A stretch of 64,000 nt of DNA from Candidatus Eiseniibacteriota bacterium (GTDB taxonomy: Bacteria > Eisenbacteria > RBG-16-71-46). Of the stretch, positions 1 to 10,831 are shown in pieces (position 1 is the first letter of the stretch; each line of letters opens with the position of its first letter). The stretch is from the NCBI GenBank assembly GCA_963725865.1, contig CAVSAC010000012.1, positions 320,001 through 384,000 on the forward strand, read 5' to 3'. The translations under genes were made by a program, and so were the position numbers. The notes under the pieces are model-generated. The model saw only the letters and a program-made list of their open reading frames with translations. It searched no databases and was not told where the DNA came from.

Positions 1-1631
1 TCGACGTCTATCGCGGCTCCGCGCCGCTCGCGCTCGGGCCGGGGGCGCCCGGCGGGGCGATCGACCTCATCACCCTGAGCCGCCCGGGGCTGCTGGATCT
101 GCACGCGGCGCGCGGCTCGTACGACACGTGGGAGGGACGCGCGACCGCGGGTGCCGGGCGCGGTCCGCTGACGGCGCTGGTGCACGCGGGCTATCAGGGC
201 TCGCGCGGCGACTACCGGTACGCGGACGACAACGGCACCCCGTTCAATCCCGCTGACGACAGCCTGAGCGCGCGGGTCAACAACCGCTTCGACGCCGCGA
301 CGCTGCTGTCGAGCGTGACGTGGCGGCCGGACGGCCGCACGCGCATGACGCTGCGCGAGGACGTGTTTCACAAGGCGCAGGGACTGCCGGGGCTCGGCGC
401 GGTGCCGGCGCGCAACGCGCGGCTCGCGTTCCTGCGCACGCTCACACAGCTCGAGGGCGAGCGCCGCGCGGGGCGCTGGACGCCGGCGCTGCGCGTGCGC
501 GGCGCGCTGCAGCGCGAGCGCTCGCGGCTGCGCGATCTCGCGCGGCTCGGCGAGCTGGGGCTCGGCCGCCACGACAGCGACGACCACTTCCAGGGCGAGG
601 ACGCGGCCCTCACGTTGCAGTGGCCCGCGCTGCCGGCGGGCTTCGCGTTCGAGACCGGCGCCAGCGCACGCGCCGAGCGCGCGGCACTCGCGGACGCGGC
701 GGACCCGTTCAGCGATCCGCCGCCGAGCCGCCGCGAGGGCCACGGGGCGCACGCGGGAGTGCAGTGGCGCGCGCCGGGCGAGCGCCTGTTGCTGCGGGCC
801 GAGCGCCGCTGGGACCGGCTGCACGACGAGCGGCGCACGAGCGGGGTGGGCAGCCGCGTGCAGACCCTGGACGTGCGCCGCACGCTGAATTCGCCCCAGC
901 TGGGCGCCCGGCTCGCGGCCGGCGGCGGCCTCGAGCTGCGCGCGAACTGGGCCGCGGCCGAACGCGCGCCCGACTTCCTCGAGCTGTTCGGCAACCAGGG
1001 CTTCGTGATCGGCAATCCCGCGCTGCGGCCCGAGCACACCGAGGGCTGGGATGCCGGGTTCGCCTGGAGCGGCGCGCTGCGGCGCGCGCGGGTGGCGCTG
1101 GAATGGGCGCACTACGAGTCGCGGCCGCGCGACCTGATCGTGTACACGAGGCTCTCGCAGAGCTATGCGCGCGCCGCGAACGTGTCCCGGGCGCGCATCC
1201 GCGGCGAGGAGCTGACCGCCCGACTCGCGTTGCCGGGCGGCGCCGCGGTGATGGCGCACACCACCTGGCAGTCCGCGATCGACCAGAGCGACGTGGCGTA
1301 CCTGCGCGGTAAGCGGTTGCCGCAACGTCCCGAGCGCGAGGGTTACCTGCGCCTCGACGCGCCGCTGGGCGCGTTCCGGGTCGCGGCCGACGTACAAGCC
1401 ATGAGTGACGACGTACTGGATCCCTACAATCGCATGCGGACACCTTCCCGCACGCTATGCGGCGTGTCGCTCGGCTGGCAAGTCGTGCGAGAACGCTTGC
1501 GTCTGACGCTCGAAGGGAAGAATCTCACCAATCGTCACGTGGCCGACGTGGCGGGGTACCCCTTACCGGGACGTAGTGTGTTCCTCGCGTGCGAGACGCA
1601 CATCGGTCGGGTGGAGCCCATCCATCGCTAG
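1..1631 (+). CDS. TonB-dependent outer-membrane receptor (5' end outside the window; BtuB-like)
   Basis: Frame is open from base 3: DVYRGSAPLALGPGAPGGAIDLIT matches the end of a TBDR plug. Also APDFLELFG..GNPALRPE and a C-terminal GKNLTNR..GYPLPGRSVFL TBDR signature. Confidence 0.9.
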   Translation, partial: DVYRGSAPLALGPGAPGGAIDLITLSRPGLLDLHAARGSYDTWEGRATAGAGRGPLTALVHAGYQGSRGDYRYADDNGTPFNPADDSLSARVNNRFDAATLLSSVTWRPDGRTRMTLREDVFHKAQGLPGLGAVPARNARLAFLRTLTQLEGERRAGRWTPALRVRGALQRERSRLRDLARLGELGLGRHDSDDHFQGEDAALTLQWPALPAGFAFETGASARAERAALADAADPFSDPPPSRREGHGAHAGVQWRAPGERLLLRAERRWDRLHDERRTSGVGSRVQTLDVRRTLNSPQLGARLAAGGGLELRANWAAAERAPDFLELFGNQGFVIGNPALRPEHTEGWDAGFAWSGALRRARVALEWAHYESRPRDLIVYTRLSQSYARAANVSRARIRGEELTARLALPGGAAVMAHTTWQSAIDQSDVAYLRGKRLPQRPEREGYLRLDAPLGAFRVAADVQAMSDDVLDPYNRMRTPSRTLCGVSLGWQVVRERLRLTLEGKNLTNRHVADVAGYPLPGRSVFLACETHIGRVEPIHR

Positions 1632-1639
1632 AGGAACAC

Positions 1640-3091
1640 ATGCATCGTGCACCGCTCGCGTTCCTCGCACTTCTTGCGCTGCTCCCGAGGGTGGGCTCCA
1701 CCGCACCGATCGAAACCAAGGCCTACGTCGTCACCACCGATTTCACCACCGGCGGCCTGAGCGCCGTCGATCTCGCGACGCGCGCCGTCAGTCCCGATGT
1801 CGCGAGCGTGCACTCCGACGCGACGCTGCGCTGGTGGGGCGGCCGCCTCTACGTGGTGAATCGGTTCGGCCAGGACAACATCCAGGTGATCGACCCGGCG
1901 CAGGGCTACGCCACCGTGCGCCAGTTCTCGACCGGCAACGGATCGAACCCGCAGGACATCGCGGTGGTCTCGCCGACCAAGGCCTACGTCTCGTGCCTCG
2001 GGCTCGCCGAGCTGCTGATCGTGAATCCCGCGGCGGGCACGGTGACCGGCTCGATCTCGCTCACGCCATTCGCGGACGGCGACGGTCCGCCCGAGGCCGC
2101 ACACCTGGCGCTCGGGGACGGCCGGCTGTTCGTCGCGCTCCAGCGGCTGGTGAACTTCGTGCCCGCCGAAACCAGCTTGGTCGCCGTGATCGACACCCGC
2201 GCGGACACCGTGCTCGACGTGAATCCCGCGCGGCCCGGCGTGCAGGCGATCCCGCTGGTGGGACGCAATCCGACCACGTCGTTCGAGTACGACCCGTTCG
2301 GCGGCCGGCTGCTGATCGGATGTGCGGGCGCCTTCGGCGTGCTCGACGGCGGCATCGAGGCGATCCCGGTCGTGGGCGGCGACGTCATCGTGCCGGGTCA
2401 GCCGCTCTACCAGAGCACGGGCTTCCTCATCACCGAGCAGGAGCTGGGTGGGGAGCTCGCGGACCTCGCGTTCCTGCTGCCCGGACACTCCTACGCGATC
2501 GTGAGCGACGCGTCGTTCGACGCGTCGGTGGTCGCGTGGAACACCCTCACGGGGCTCAAGCTCGGCACCGTCTACAAGCCGGGCGGCGGCGGCGGCCTGC
2601 CCGACATGGCGCTGAGTCCGATGCGCGACGAGCTGTGGGTGTGCGACACCAAGTCCACTGCGCCGGGGCTGCGCGTGTTCCGCTGCGGGACCGATTCGCC
2701 GCTCGCGGGGCCGCTCGCGACCGGCCTGCCGCCCTATCAGATCACTTTCGATCGCGACGACATCTCGTTCGCGTCCCATCTCTTGAGCGTGGCGCCGCCG
2801 GCCGCGGAGCCGCGCCCGCTCGCGTTCACGCGCGCGTGGCCGAACCCCGCGCGCGACGGGATCACGATGTCGTTGAGTGGGACCGACGCGGGACCACTGC
2901 AGGTCGAGGTGCTCGATCTCGCAGGGCGTCAGGTGCGTCGGTGGGTGGTGGAGGCGCCGACGCGGAACGCGACGACGGTGCGCTGGGATTTGCGTGCGGA
3001 AGACGGGAACCGAGTGCCAGCGGGAGTGTATGTCGTGCGGGCGCGGGAGGGCGGCATGTCCACCGCGCGTCAAGTAATCGCCGTTCGATGA
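1640..3091 (+). CDS. Secreted YncE/BtuG-like beta-propeller protein with C-terminal FlgD-Ig/T9SS-CTD-like domain
   Basis: GAGGA RBS then ATG 1640; signal peptide; GRLYVVNR and NPQDIAVVSPTKAYV propeller blades; C-terminal WPNP...VLDLAGRQVR...WDLRAEDGNRVPAGVYVVR. Confidence 0.8.
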   Translation: MHRAPLAFLALLALLPRVGSTAPIETKAYVVTTDFTTGGLSAVDLATRAVSPDVASVHSDATLRWWGGRLYVVNRFGQDNIQVIDPAQGYATVRQFSTGNGSNPQDIAVVSPTKAYVSCLGLAELLIVNPAAGTVTGSISLTPFADGDGPPEAAHLALGDGRLFVALQRLVNFVPAETSLVAVIDTRADTVLDVNPARPGVQAIPLVGRNPTTSFEYDPFGGRLLIGCAGAFGVLDGGIEAIPVVGGDVIVPGQPLYQSTGFLITEQELGGELADLAFLLPGHSYAIVSDASFDASVVAWNTLTGLKLGTVYKPGGGGGLPDMALSPMRDELWVCDTKSTAPGLRVFRCGTDSPLAGPLATGLPPYQITFDRDDISFASHLLSVAPPAAEPRPLAFTRAWPNPARDGITMSLSGTDAGPLQVEVLDLAGRQVRRWVVEAPTRNATTVRWDLRAEDGNRVPAGVYVVRAREGGMSTARQVIAVR

Positions 3092-3137
3092 AACCCACTG
3101 GAGTTCTGGCGGAGCCCCCGCTAGATTAGCCCCCATC

Positions 3138-3827
3138 ATGATGCGATCAGGGACGACCGCCCACTCCTCGCTCATCCTCCTCCTCGGTTCGGTGCTGTCC
3201 CTCGCCGCACTGGGCGCGCTGGCGCCCGCTCGGGCCGTGGTCGACGTGACCCTCTCCTGGACCGCTCCCGGCGACGACGGCCGGCAGGGCACCGCCGCCC
3301 GCTACGACCTGCGACTGTCGGTGGTCCCCATCACCGAAGCCAACTTCGCCACCTCGTGGATGGTCTCGGGGATCCCGACCCCCGGCCCCGCCGGCACGCG
3401 TCAGAGCGTGCTGGTCCCGAACCTGGTCGACAACGGCACCTACTACTTCGCGCTGAAGACCGTGGACGAGAAGGGCAACTGGTCGGCGATGTCCAACATC
3501 GTCGTCTTCACCGCGGTCCCGCCGCCCACCGGCGGTCCCGGTCCGGTCGCCGGCCTCTCGTTCTCGTCGCCCCAGCCGAATCCCGCGCGCGATCTCACGA
3601 AGTTGGTCTTCGAGCTGCCGCGACCCGGCGACGTCTGGGTCGAGGTGCTCGACGTGCTCGGCCGGCGCGTCCGCCTGCTGGCGCACGAGTTCCAGACCAG
3701 CGGCCGTCACGAGATCAACTGGAGCCTCGACGACGCCTCGGCCCACCCGCTGCCCGCCGGGATGTATCTCGTCCGCGCACGTGCGATGGGCGAGGTGTTC
3801 CTGCGCCGCCTCGCGATCGTTCGTTAG
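3138..3827 (+). CDS. Secreted fibronectin type III protein with C-terminal FlgD-Ig/CTD-like domain
   Basis: Signal peptide; VTLSWTAPGDDG..YDLR..YYFALKTVDEKGNWSAMSN (Fn3); QPNP...LDVLGRRVRLL...LPAGMYLVR (CTD). Confidence 0.85.
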   Translation: MMRSGTTAHSSLILLLGSVLSLAALGALAPARAVVDVTLSWTAPGDDGRQGTAARYDLRLSVVPITEANFATSWMVSGIPTPGPAGTRQSVLVPNLVDNGTYYFALKTVDEKGNWSAMSNIVVFTAVPPPTGGPGPVAGLSFSSPQPNPARDLTKLVFELPRPGDVWVEVLDVLGRRVRLLAHEFQTSGRHEINWSLDDASAHPLPAGMYLVRARAMGEVFLRRLAIVR

Positions 3828-3949
3828 CCCCTCCGCACCAGCGTCCGGCACCCGGAACGCCGCGCCCGCCCGCGCGGCGGTTGCGAGGCGCGCGCCCGAC
3901 CGCCTAGGGTCCCGCGGTCCGTCGTGATCCCATCCGAGGAGGTCCGCCC

Positions 3950-5308
3950 ATGACCCCGGCCGCACCGCGCCCCCGCGCGCATCGTCTGTGGATGACGCTC
4001 ACCCTCGCGCTGACCCTCGCTCGGGCGACCCACGCGGCCGAGCCGCCCGCCGCGACCGCCCCGCTCGCCGCGCCGGGCGCCGACTCCACGGCCGTGGTGG
4101 ACACGATGAAGGCCGCGACGCTGGCGGACTATCTGGCCGAGATCCACGCGAACTTCACGCCCGAGAGCCGCCGCTACGCGGGCATCCGGGCGTTCCTCGC
4201 CGTGGTCGATCCGTTCATCGCCATCCTGATCGCGCTCATCGTGCTCGCCACCGGCCTGTCGGCGCGCATGCGCGACGTCGCGCACCGGGTGAGCTCGCGC
4301 CGCTACGTGCGCGTGCTGATCTACCTGATCCTCTATTCGCTGGTGTCGTTCGTGATCGGCTTCCCGCTCGGCTGGTACGAGGGCTTCGCGCTCGAGCATC
4401 GCTTCGGGCTCTCGAGCCAGTCGTTCGCGGGCTGGCTCGGCGAGGAGGGGATCTCGCTGGTGGTCTCGATCCTGTTCCTCGGCGTGGTGCCACTGATCGC
4501 GCTCGCCTACGGCGCGCTCGAGAAGCAGCCGAAGCGCTGGTGGCTGTGGCTCGCGCTGGGCACGCTGCCGGTGATCCTCGGCGCGGTGCTGATCGCGCCC
4601 TACGTCGACGGCCTCTACAACAAGTTCACGCCGCTGCGCGACCAGCAGCTCAAGTCGGAGATCGTCGCACTCGCGCAGAAGGCCGGCATCCCCGGCCGCA
4701 ACGTGTACGAGGTCGACAAGAGCCGCCAGACCAAGAAGTACAACGCCTACGTGAACGGCTTCGGCGTCTCGCAGCGCATCGTGCTCTGGGACACGACGCT
4801 CAAGGGGATGAAGCAGGACGAGATCCTGTTCGTGATGGGCCACGAGATGGGGCACTACGTGCTCCACCACATCTGGAAATCCGTGCTGGTGCTCAGCCTG
4901 CTGTCGTTCGCACTGTTCTGGCTCTCCGCGGGGATGCTCACCCCGCTGGTGAAGCGCTTCGGCCCACGCTGGGGCTTCACCCAGCTGCACGACATCGCGT
5001 CCCTGCCGCTGCTCGCCGCGGTGCTCACCGTGGTCTCGTTCGTCGCGCAGCCGGTGACCAACGGCCTCAGCCGCGGCACCGAGCACGAGGCCGACATCTT
5101 CGGGCTCGAGGTCACGCACTCCAACGACGCGGCGGCCCGCGCGTTCATCAAGCTCGGCTCGCAGAACCGCTCCGACCCCGAGCCGTCCGCGTGGCGGGTG
5201 TGGATGTTCTACACCCATCCGCCACTTGGGGACCGCGTGCGGTTCGCGATGACCTACCGGCCGTGGGAGCAGGGCGAGCCGGACCGGATGTTCAAGCCCA
5301 GGCCCTAG
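3950..5308 (+). CDS. M48 family (Ste24/HtpX-like) membrane zinc metalloprotease
   Basis: Multiple TM helices; NAYVNGFG, HEMGH zinc motif, EHEAD, YTHPP..R. Confidence 0.93.
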   Translation: MTPAAPRPRAHRLWMTLTLALTLARATHAAEPPAATAPLAAPGADSTAVVDTMKAATLADYLAEIHANFTPESRRYAGIRAFLAVVDPFIAILIALIVLATGLSARMRDVAHRVSSRRYVRVLIYLILYSLVSFVIGFPLGWYEGFALEHRFGLSSQSFAGWLGEEGISLVVSILFLGVVPLIALAYGALEKQPKRWWLWLALGTLPVILGAVLIAPYVDGLYNKFTPLRDQQLKSEIVALAQKAGIPGRNVYEVDKSRQTKKYNAYVNGFGVSQRIVLWDTTLKGMKQDEILFVMGHEMGHYVLHHIWKSVLVLSLLSFALFWLSAGMLTPLVKRFGPRWGFTQLHDIASLPLLAAVLTVVSFVAQPVTNGLSRGTEHEADIFGLEVTHSNDAAARAFIKLGSQNRSDPEPSAWRVWMFYTHPPLGDRVRFAMTYRPWEQGEPDRMFKPRP

Positions 5309-5363
5309 GAACGTCGCCGAGCGCCGTCGCCGCGGGCCCGGGCAGCGTCACGAGGCGGAGGCG

Positions 5364-5392
5364 GAGGCGGAGGCCCGCGTCGCCTCCGCCTC
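5364..5392. terminator. GC-rich hairpin between convergent genes
   Basis: GAGGCGGAGGC / GCCTCCGCCTC inverted repeat between the stop codons at 5308 and 5391; no U-tract. Confidence 0.45.
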
Positions 5393-7237
5393 ACGCGTCT
5401 CCGAGGCGGATCTCGGTGCGGGCCTCGGCGCCGTTCAGTCGTGCCACGAGTCGCGGCGCGGGTTCGCGCCGGCCGAGCGCGGCCGAGAACTCGCCGGGTT
5501 CGACGCGCCAGTGCTGGATGCCCTCGGCGGCGAACACCGCGGACGTGCGCCCGGTCCGCACCACGGCGCGGCGGCCGTCGAGCGTCACCGCGGCGTTCGG
5601 CGCCAGCGGGAACACCACCTCGGCGCCCGCGCCCTCGACGCGATCGAGGATCGTCACGCGCTCCGCCGACGCGTCGACGGTGCGGGTGTGGAGCTCCCCG
5701 CTCGCCCACCGGCACACGCCATGACCGGCGTCGCCGCTCACCTCGGCGCGGCGCCCCCACAGGAACGGCCCGAGCAGCTCGCTCTGGTTGCGGCCGTCGA
5801 ACGTCACCGTCGCGTGGTAGGGCGTCGATCGGAAGCGCGCGCGCGCGGCCTCGTCCTCGTGGTACGCGTAGGTGCCCGGATCCACCACGATCGCGTCGAG
5901 CCCGCGGAAGAGCGTGAGCGCGAGCGCGTCCGCATGGCCGTGCGCGGCGAGCCGGCCGAGACCGAGCGGGCCGTGGTCGAGCGTGGCGAGCACGCCGCGA
6001 TCGCGCCAAACGGTGTAGCCGCCGTCCGGGAAGACGTGGCGTCCATCGAGCGCCGACCGCGCCTGCACCGGCGTGCGCCCAAGCACCAGCTGCGCGTAGG
6101 CGCCCGTGTCGGGGGCGAGCGCGTCGGCCCCGAGCCACGCCGCGAGCGCACCGCCCGTCAGGTCGAGCCGCGCGTCGTGCGCCGCGAGCAGGATGCGCGC
6201 TTCGTCGGCGTCGCCGACCGGCGGCAGGCCGCCGTCCGGCAGGCGCAGCGTGCGCATCACCTCGAGCGCGCGCGCGAGCCGCTCGCGCACCGGCGGACTC
6301 GCCGCGCGTCCGGCGGCCTCGGCGGCGACCAGCGGAAGCAGCACCAGCTCGGTGATGAACGGCAGGTAGCCGAACGACTGCTCGGCGTTCACGCCGTCCG
6401 GGTGGAACTGGCGCAGGATCTCGCGCTCCAGCCCCCGATGTCCCACGGCGAGCAGGTGGTCCGCGCCGCGCAGCGACGGCCACACCGCGCCCGCCAGCGT
6501 CATCGCGCCGTACTCGGCGAGCAGGTGGTTGTTGGCGCTCGAGCCGAGGCTCAGGTGGTCGCGGCAGGCGAGCGCCTGCTGCGCCAGCAGGCCGAGCACC
6601 GGCGCCAGCTCGCCCGCGCGCGCGCGATCGCCCAGCACCGCGAGCGTCCACGTCACGGTCGCGACGCGCACCGCTCCCTCGATCCCGCTGGTGTGATGGA
6701 TGCCACGGCCGAGCGGGTTGCGCGCAGTGAAGTCCGCGAGCCAGCGCAGCGCCCGCGCCGCGTGCGCGTCGTCGCCCGTCGCGCGCCACGCGAGCGCCAG
6801 CGTGGGCAGCACGGTGAGCCGGCCGAGCTCCCACGCGTACTTGGCGCCGCCGGCGAGGTCGGTGCGGTGGAAGTCGAGGGCGCGGCTCGCCTGCTCGGGC
6901 CACTCGGCGCCGCTCGCGGGATTGCGATTCCAGCGCGGCGGGTCCTCGATGCGCACCGGCGCGCCGAACAGCGTCCAGTGGCCGTGCGCGAGCCCGGTCG
7001 CGGCCGCCAGCGTGGGTGCCAGCTCGCTCGGCGCCACCGGATGCGCGAGCGGCGTCAGTCGCGCTCCGCGCCAGGCGCCCGCCGCATCGTGGGCGAACAG
7101 CGCGGCGAACGCCGGCGCGGGGGCGAGGCGCGCGTACCGCGGCGGCGCCAGCCGGTCGCGCAGGTCGACGTGCACGCGATGCGCGACCTCCGCGGCGTCC
7201 ATCGCGCGCAGCCGGCGCAGCTCCAGGCCAGCGACAT
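5391..7237 (-). CDS. Heparinase II/III family protein (alginate/heparin lyase-like); 1-nt frameshift near the start
   Basis: KYAWELGRL, SSANNHLLAE, EQSFGY, AHGHADAL, VDPGTYAY, RSTPYHATV motifs. ATG at 7237 (MSLAW) is out of frame by 1 nt with ELRRLRAMDAAE. Confidence 0.85.
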
Positions 7238-7271
7238 CAGGCGGGCGCTCCCGCCCGCGGCCGGCGGTGGC

Positions 7272-8455
7272 TCACTGCCGTGTCGCACCTCCGCGCAGCC
7301 GCTGGTCGAGGAACTCGAACGTGAGCCGCTCGATCGCGCCGGCGGCCAGCAGGTGGCCGCCGTTGGGGAAGAAGCGCGCATCGACGGTGCCGCCCGCGGC
7401 GGTCAGCGCATCGACGAACCCATGCGCCTGCGCGGCCGGGACGTTCGTGTCCTTCTCGCCGTGGAGCAGCAGCACCGGCGCGCGCAGCGTGCGCACGCCG
7501 AAGACGGGCGAGCGCGCGCGCCAGCCCGCGCTGTCGCGCCCGGCTTCGGCGACGATGGTGGCCGGGAAGTCGGCCAGCGCGGTGCCGCGGCGCACCGCCC
7601 ACAGGTCGTAGATGCCCGATTGCAGCACCACCGCGCGCAGGTCGCCGCGCTGCTCCGCGAGCGTGGCCACCACGCCGGCGCCGCGCGAGAGGCCCCACGC
7701 TCGCCAGCCGCTCCGGGTCCACGCCCGGCTGGCGGGCGAGCGCCTCGAACGCCGCGGTCGCGGCCGCCATCGTGGCCGGCCCGCCGAGATCGGCCGGACC
7801 CGTGGAGCGCCCGTAGCCCGGCATGCTGACCAGCATGACCGCGACCCCGCGCTCGGCGAGACGCAGCGCGAGCGGCAGCATCAGCCGCGCGTGGCTCGCG
7901 TGCCCGTGCACCAGCAGCACGCCCGGGCACGCGCGCGCTGTCCGAGACGCGCGGGCACGAACACCGTCTCCACGTCGCGGCGGCCGACGCGCATCGCGGT
8001 GGACGGGTACGCCGACCAGCGCGGGCCCGGCGTCGCGATCCACGGTGGCGACGGTACGATAGCTGCCGCCGTGACCGTCGTGCGACCGCAGCGTCAGCGT
8101 CAGGTGGGCACGTTCGGCGGTCGCGCCGAGGCCGCACGGGAATCGTCAGCGAATCCCAGGCCGCGAGCGTGGGGGTGGCGCGCAGCAGCGGCGACAGGTC
8201 GGTGCGCCGGGTGCGCGTGGCACGCGTCCCGCCCTGATCGATGTCCTCCGCGTCGAGCGCGAGGCTGTCGAGCCCGAGGTCGCCCGGCAGCGGATTGGCG
8301 ATGACCACCGGGAGCATCCAGTGGAACTCGTGGTCGGCCACGATCGAGTCGGCGGCGACGCGCAGGCGCGGCTCCAGCCGCGGCGCGGGCGCCGCGCCGG
8401 CGGAGATCGTGAGCACCAGGGGCAGGACGGCGATCGAGAACGGACGCAGACGCAC
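7272..8455 (-). pseudogene. Secreted alpha/beta-hydrolase (S9 peptidase-like) split by several frameshifts
   Basis: GGAGG RBS with GTG 8455 and a signal peptide. Segments in different frames give GVLLVHGH, PGYGRS, G-L-S-R-G (nucleophile), PVLLLHGEKDTNVP and GGH. Confidence 0.75.
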
Positions 8456-8519
8456 GGGATTCCCTCCAGGAGGTCGGGACGTGCTGAACGGCGCGCATGG
8501 TACCATGCGCGTGCCTGCC

Positions 8520-9242
8520 ATGACGCCCACCGCGACGCTCGCCTGGCTGTTCGACATCGACGGCACGCTGCTCTCGACCGAGGGGGCCGCGCGCGAGGCC
8601 TTCGCGCACGCGGTGCGCGAGCACCTGCGGGTCGACGACGACCTGAAGTCGATCGCCTTCGCCGGCCGCACCGAGCCGCTGATCCTCGCGGACATCCTCG
8701 CCCGGCACGAACAGCAGCTCGACGAAGCGAGCGAGGCGCGCTTCTGGGACACGGTGTTCGCGCGCATCCGCGCGCTGCTGGTGCCGCCCCGCGGGCGCCT
8801 GCTGCGGGGCGTGCCGGCGCTGCTCGACGCGGTCGCGGCGACGCCCGACTGGCACCTGGCGCTGCTCACCGGGAACATGACCCAGATGGCGCGCATCAAG
8901 CTCGAGCGCTTCGCGCTCGCGGATCGCTTCGCGTTCTCGGCGTGCGGCGAGGAGGCCGCCGACCGCGACGCGCTTGCGCGGCTCGCCGTCGCGCGGGCCC
9001 GCGCGCGCTGGGACGTGCCGCCGGCGCGCTGCGTGGTGGTGGGCGATACCGAGCACGACATCCGCTGCGCGCGCGCCGCGGGAGCGTGGGTGGTGGCGGT
9101 CGCGACCGGCTCGCAGTCGCGCGCGGAACTCGAGGCGCACGCGCCGGACCTGGCGCTCGACGACTTGTCCGACGTGGCGGCCCTGGTGGGGTGGGCGCGC
9201 GGGCTCCCGGCGCGGAACGGCTCGCCGCGGGGGTCCGCGTGA
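8520..9242 (+). CDS. HAD-superfamily hydrolase (phosphoglycolate phosphatase-like)
   Basis: LFDIDGTL motif I, LLTGN motif II, VVGDTEHD motif IV. Confidence 0.9.
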   Translation: MTPTATLAWLFDIDGTLLSTEGAAREAFAHAVREHLRVDDDLKSIAFAGRTEPLILADILARHEQQLDEASEARFWDTVFARIRALLVPPRGRLLRGVPALLDAVAATPDWHLALLTGNMTQMARIKLERFALADRFAFSACGEEAADRDALARLAVARARARWDVPPARCVVVGDTEHDIRCARAAGAWVVAVATGSQSRAELEAHAPDLALDDLSDVAALVGWARGLPARNGSPRGSA

Positions 9243-9375
9243 GCTGCGCTCGCCGACCGCCGGGCGTCATTCACCGGCGCCTTCCCGCCATCGGCCGAAT
9301 CCCGCGGGCCGGGTGCCGCGCCCCCGCGTAATCTGCCTGTGGAGCCGGGCAGGAGTCCCGGCGAAGGAGGCGACG

Positions 9376-9750
9376 ATGGAAGCACGCAGAGGTTCCCAGC
9401 CGCAGCGGCGCATCGTGATCGGACTGCTGTTCATCGCAGCCGGCACGTTGTTCGCGCTCGACCGGCTCGGGGGCTACGGACTCGGGGACATCAGCCAGTG
9501 GTGGCCGCTGCTGGTGGTGCTGTTCGGCATCAGCCGGCTGGCGGTGCCCAGCCGCCCGCACGACCTGGGTCACGGGGTCTCCTGGACGCTGATCGGCCTG
9601 TGGCTGCTCGCGGTCCAGTTCCACTGGCACGGATTCACGTACCGCAATTCGTGGCCGTTGCTGTTCGTCGCGAGCGGCACCGGCATGGTGGTGCGCGCGC
9701 TGACCGAGGTCCGCGCCCGCCGCGACCGCGGCCCGGGAGTGCAGCCGTGA
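9376..9750 (+). CDS. LiaF-like transmembrane protein (DUF5668-like)
   Basis: AAGGAGG RBS; GLLFIAAGTLFALD..WWPLLVVLFG..SWPLLFV hydrophobic repeats. Confidence 0.75.
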   Translation: MEARRGSQPQRRIVIGLLFIAAGTLFALDRLGGYGLGDISQWWPLLVVLFGISRLAVPSRPHDLGHGVSWTLIGLWLLAVQFHWHGFTYRNSWPLLFVASGTGMVVRALTEVRARRDRGPGVQP

Positions 9751-10025
9751 ACGCGCGCGCCACGGCATCCGCCCGCTGGATGCGCCGCACCGGCATCGTG
9801 TGCATGGTGATCGGCCTCGATCTCACGCTGGTGAGCGTCGGCGCCTGGGCGCTGGACCGCGCGCTGCCGCCCGGGGTGCTCCCGCTGCTGGCGCGCACGC
9901 TCATCGCGGTCGCCGGCGAGCTGGCGCTGCACGCCTGGCCGCTGCTGATGGTCGCGCTCGGCGCCGCGCTGGTGCTGAACGCGGCGGCCCGTTCGCGCCC
10001 CGCCGCCGCGGGAGAGCGCCGATGA
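9747..10025 (+). CDS. Small membrane protein (LiaF-TM-like, WPLL motif)
   Basis: GTGA overlap with the upstream stop and ATGA overlap downstream; hydrophobic helices. Confidence 0.55.
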   Translation: MNARATASARWMRRTGIVCMVIGLDLTLVSVGAWALDRALPPGVLPLLARTLIAVAGELALHAWPLLMVALGAALVLNAAARSRPAAAGERR

Positions 10026-10828
10026 TCGAGACCCGTCCGTTGCTGAACGCGCGCCTGTACTTCGGCCTCGCGTTCGCCGCCGTCGGCGTGCTGTTCACGC
10101 TCGACAACTTCGGCGTGCTCGACGCCGGCGCGATCCTGCGCTTCTGGCCGCTGACGGTGGTGGCGTGGGGCATCCTGTGCCTGATGGGCCTGGGCTGCAC
10201 GCGCCGGCCGCTGATGGGCTCGCTGCTGATCGTCGCGGGCGCCTACATGCAGGCCATGGCGCTGCGCGGGGGATGGCTGTCGGCGTTCGAGCTCGGCCCG
10301 CTGATCCTGGTGCTGATCGGGGTCTACCTGATCGCCGGTCCCTCGCTCCACAAGGGTCGCCCCGCGTTCTTCATGGGGGCGCTCATCGGCCGCCGCGCGC
10401 GCCGCGGCCGCGGCCCGTTGCGGGTCGACCTGTCCGACGTCGTCGAGCGTGGGGTCACACGCGCGGTGGACGATGCCGCGACCGCGGAAGCGAACGGCGA
10501 CGAGGTGAACGCGGTCGCGGTGCTGGGCTCGGTGAACCGCAGGATCTCGTCCGCGGCGTTCACGGGCGGCGAGGTCTCGGCCGTGCTCGGCGGTGCCGTC
10601 ATCGATCTGCGCGACGCCCGCATCAGCGGACGCGAGGCGACCATCGAAGTGCTCGCGATGATGGGCGGCGTCGAGCTGCGCGTGCCCGACGGCTGGCGCA
10701 TCCTGGGCGAGGTCACGAGCGTGCTGGGTTCGGTCGACGACCGCACGCGGGTGGCCCCGGCGGAGGGCGCCCCGACGCTGCGCGTCCACGGCACCGCGCT
10801 GCTGGGCTCGGTCGAGATCAAGCACTGA
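10022..10828 (+). CDS. LiaF-related cell-wall stress protein (TM domain plus DUF2154-like domain)
   Basis: N-terminal GVLFTLDNFG..FWPL; C-terminal AVLGSVNR..GGEVSAVLGGAVIDLRDA..MGGVELRVP..LGSVEIK. Confidence 0.8.
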   Translation: MIETRPLLNARLYFGLAFAAVGVLFTLDNFGVLDAGAILRFWPLTVVAWGILCLMGLGCTRRPLMGSLLIVAGAYMQAMALRGGWLSAFELGPLILVLIGVYLIAGPSLHKGRPAFFMGALIGRRARRGRGPLRVDLSDVVERGVTRAVDDAATAEANGDEVNAVAVLGSVNRRISSAAFTGGEVSAVLGGAVIDLRDARISGREATIEVLAMMGGVELRVPDGWRILGEVTSVLGSVDDRTRVAPAEGAPTLRVHGTALLGSVEIKH

Positions 10829-10831
10829 GCC

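Noticed and set aside
5352..5375. (GAGGCG)n and (GCGCGG)n microsatellites here and near 17901-17923
   Set aside because: Short, intergenic between convergent genes, and with no evidence of phase variation.
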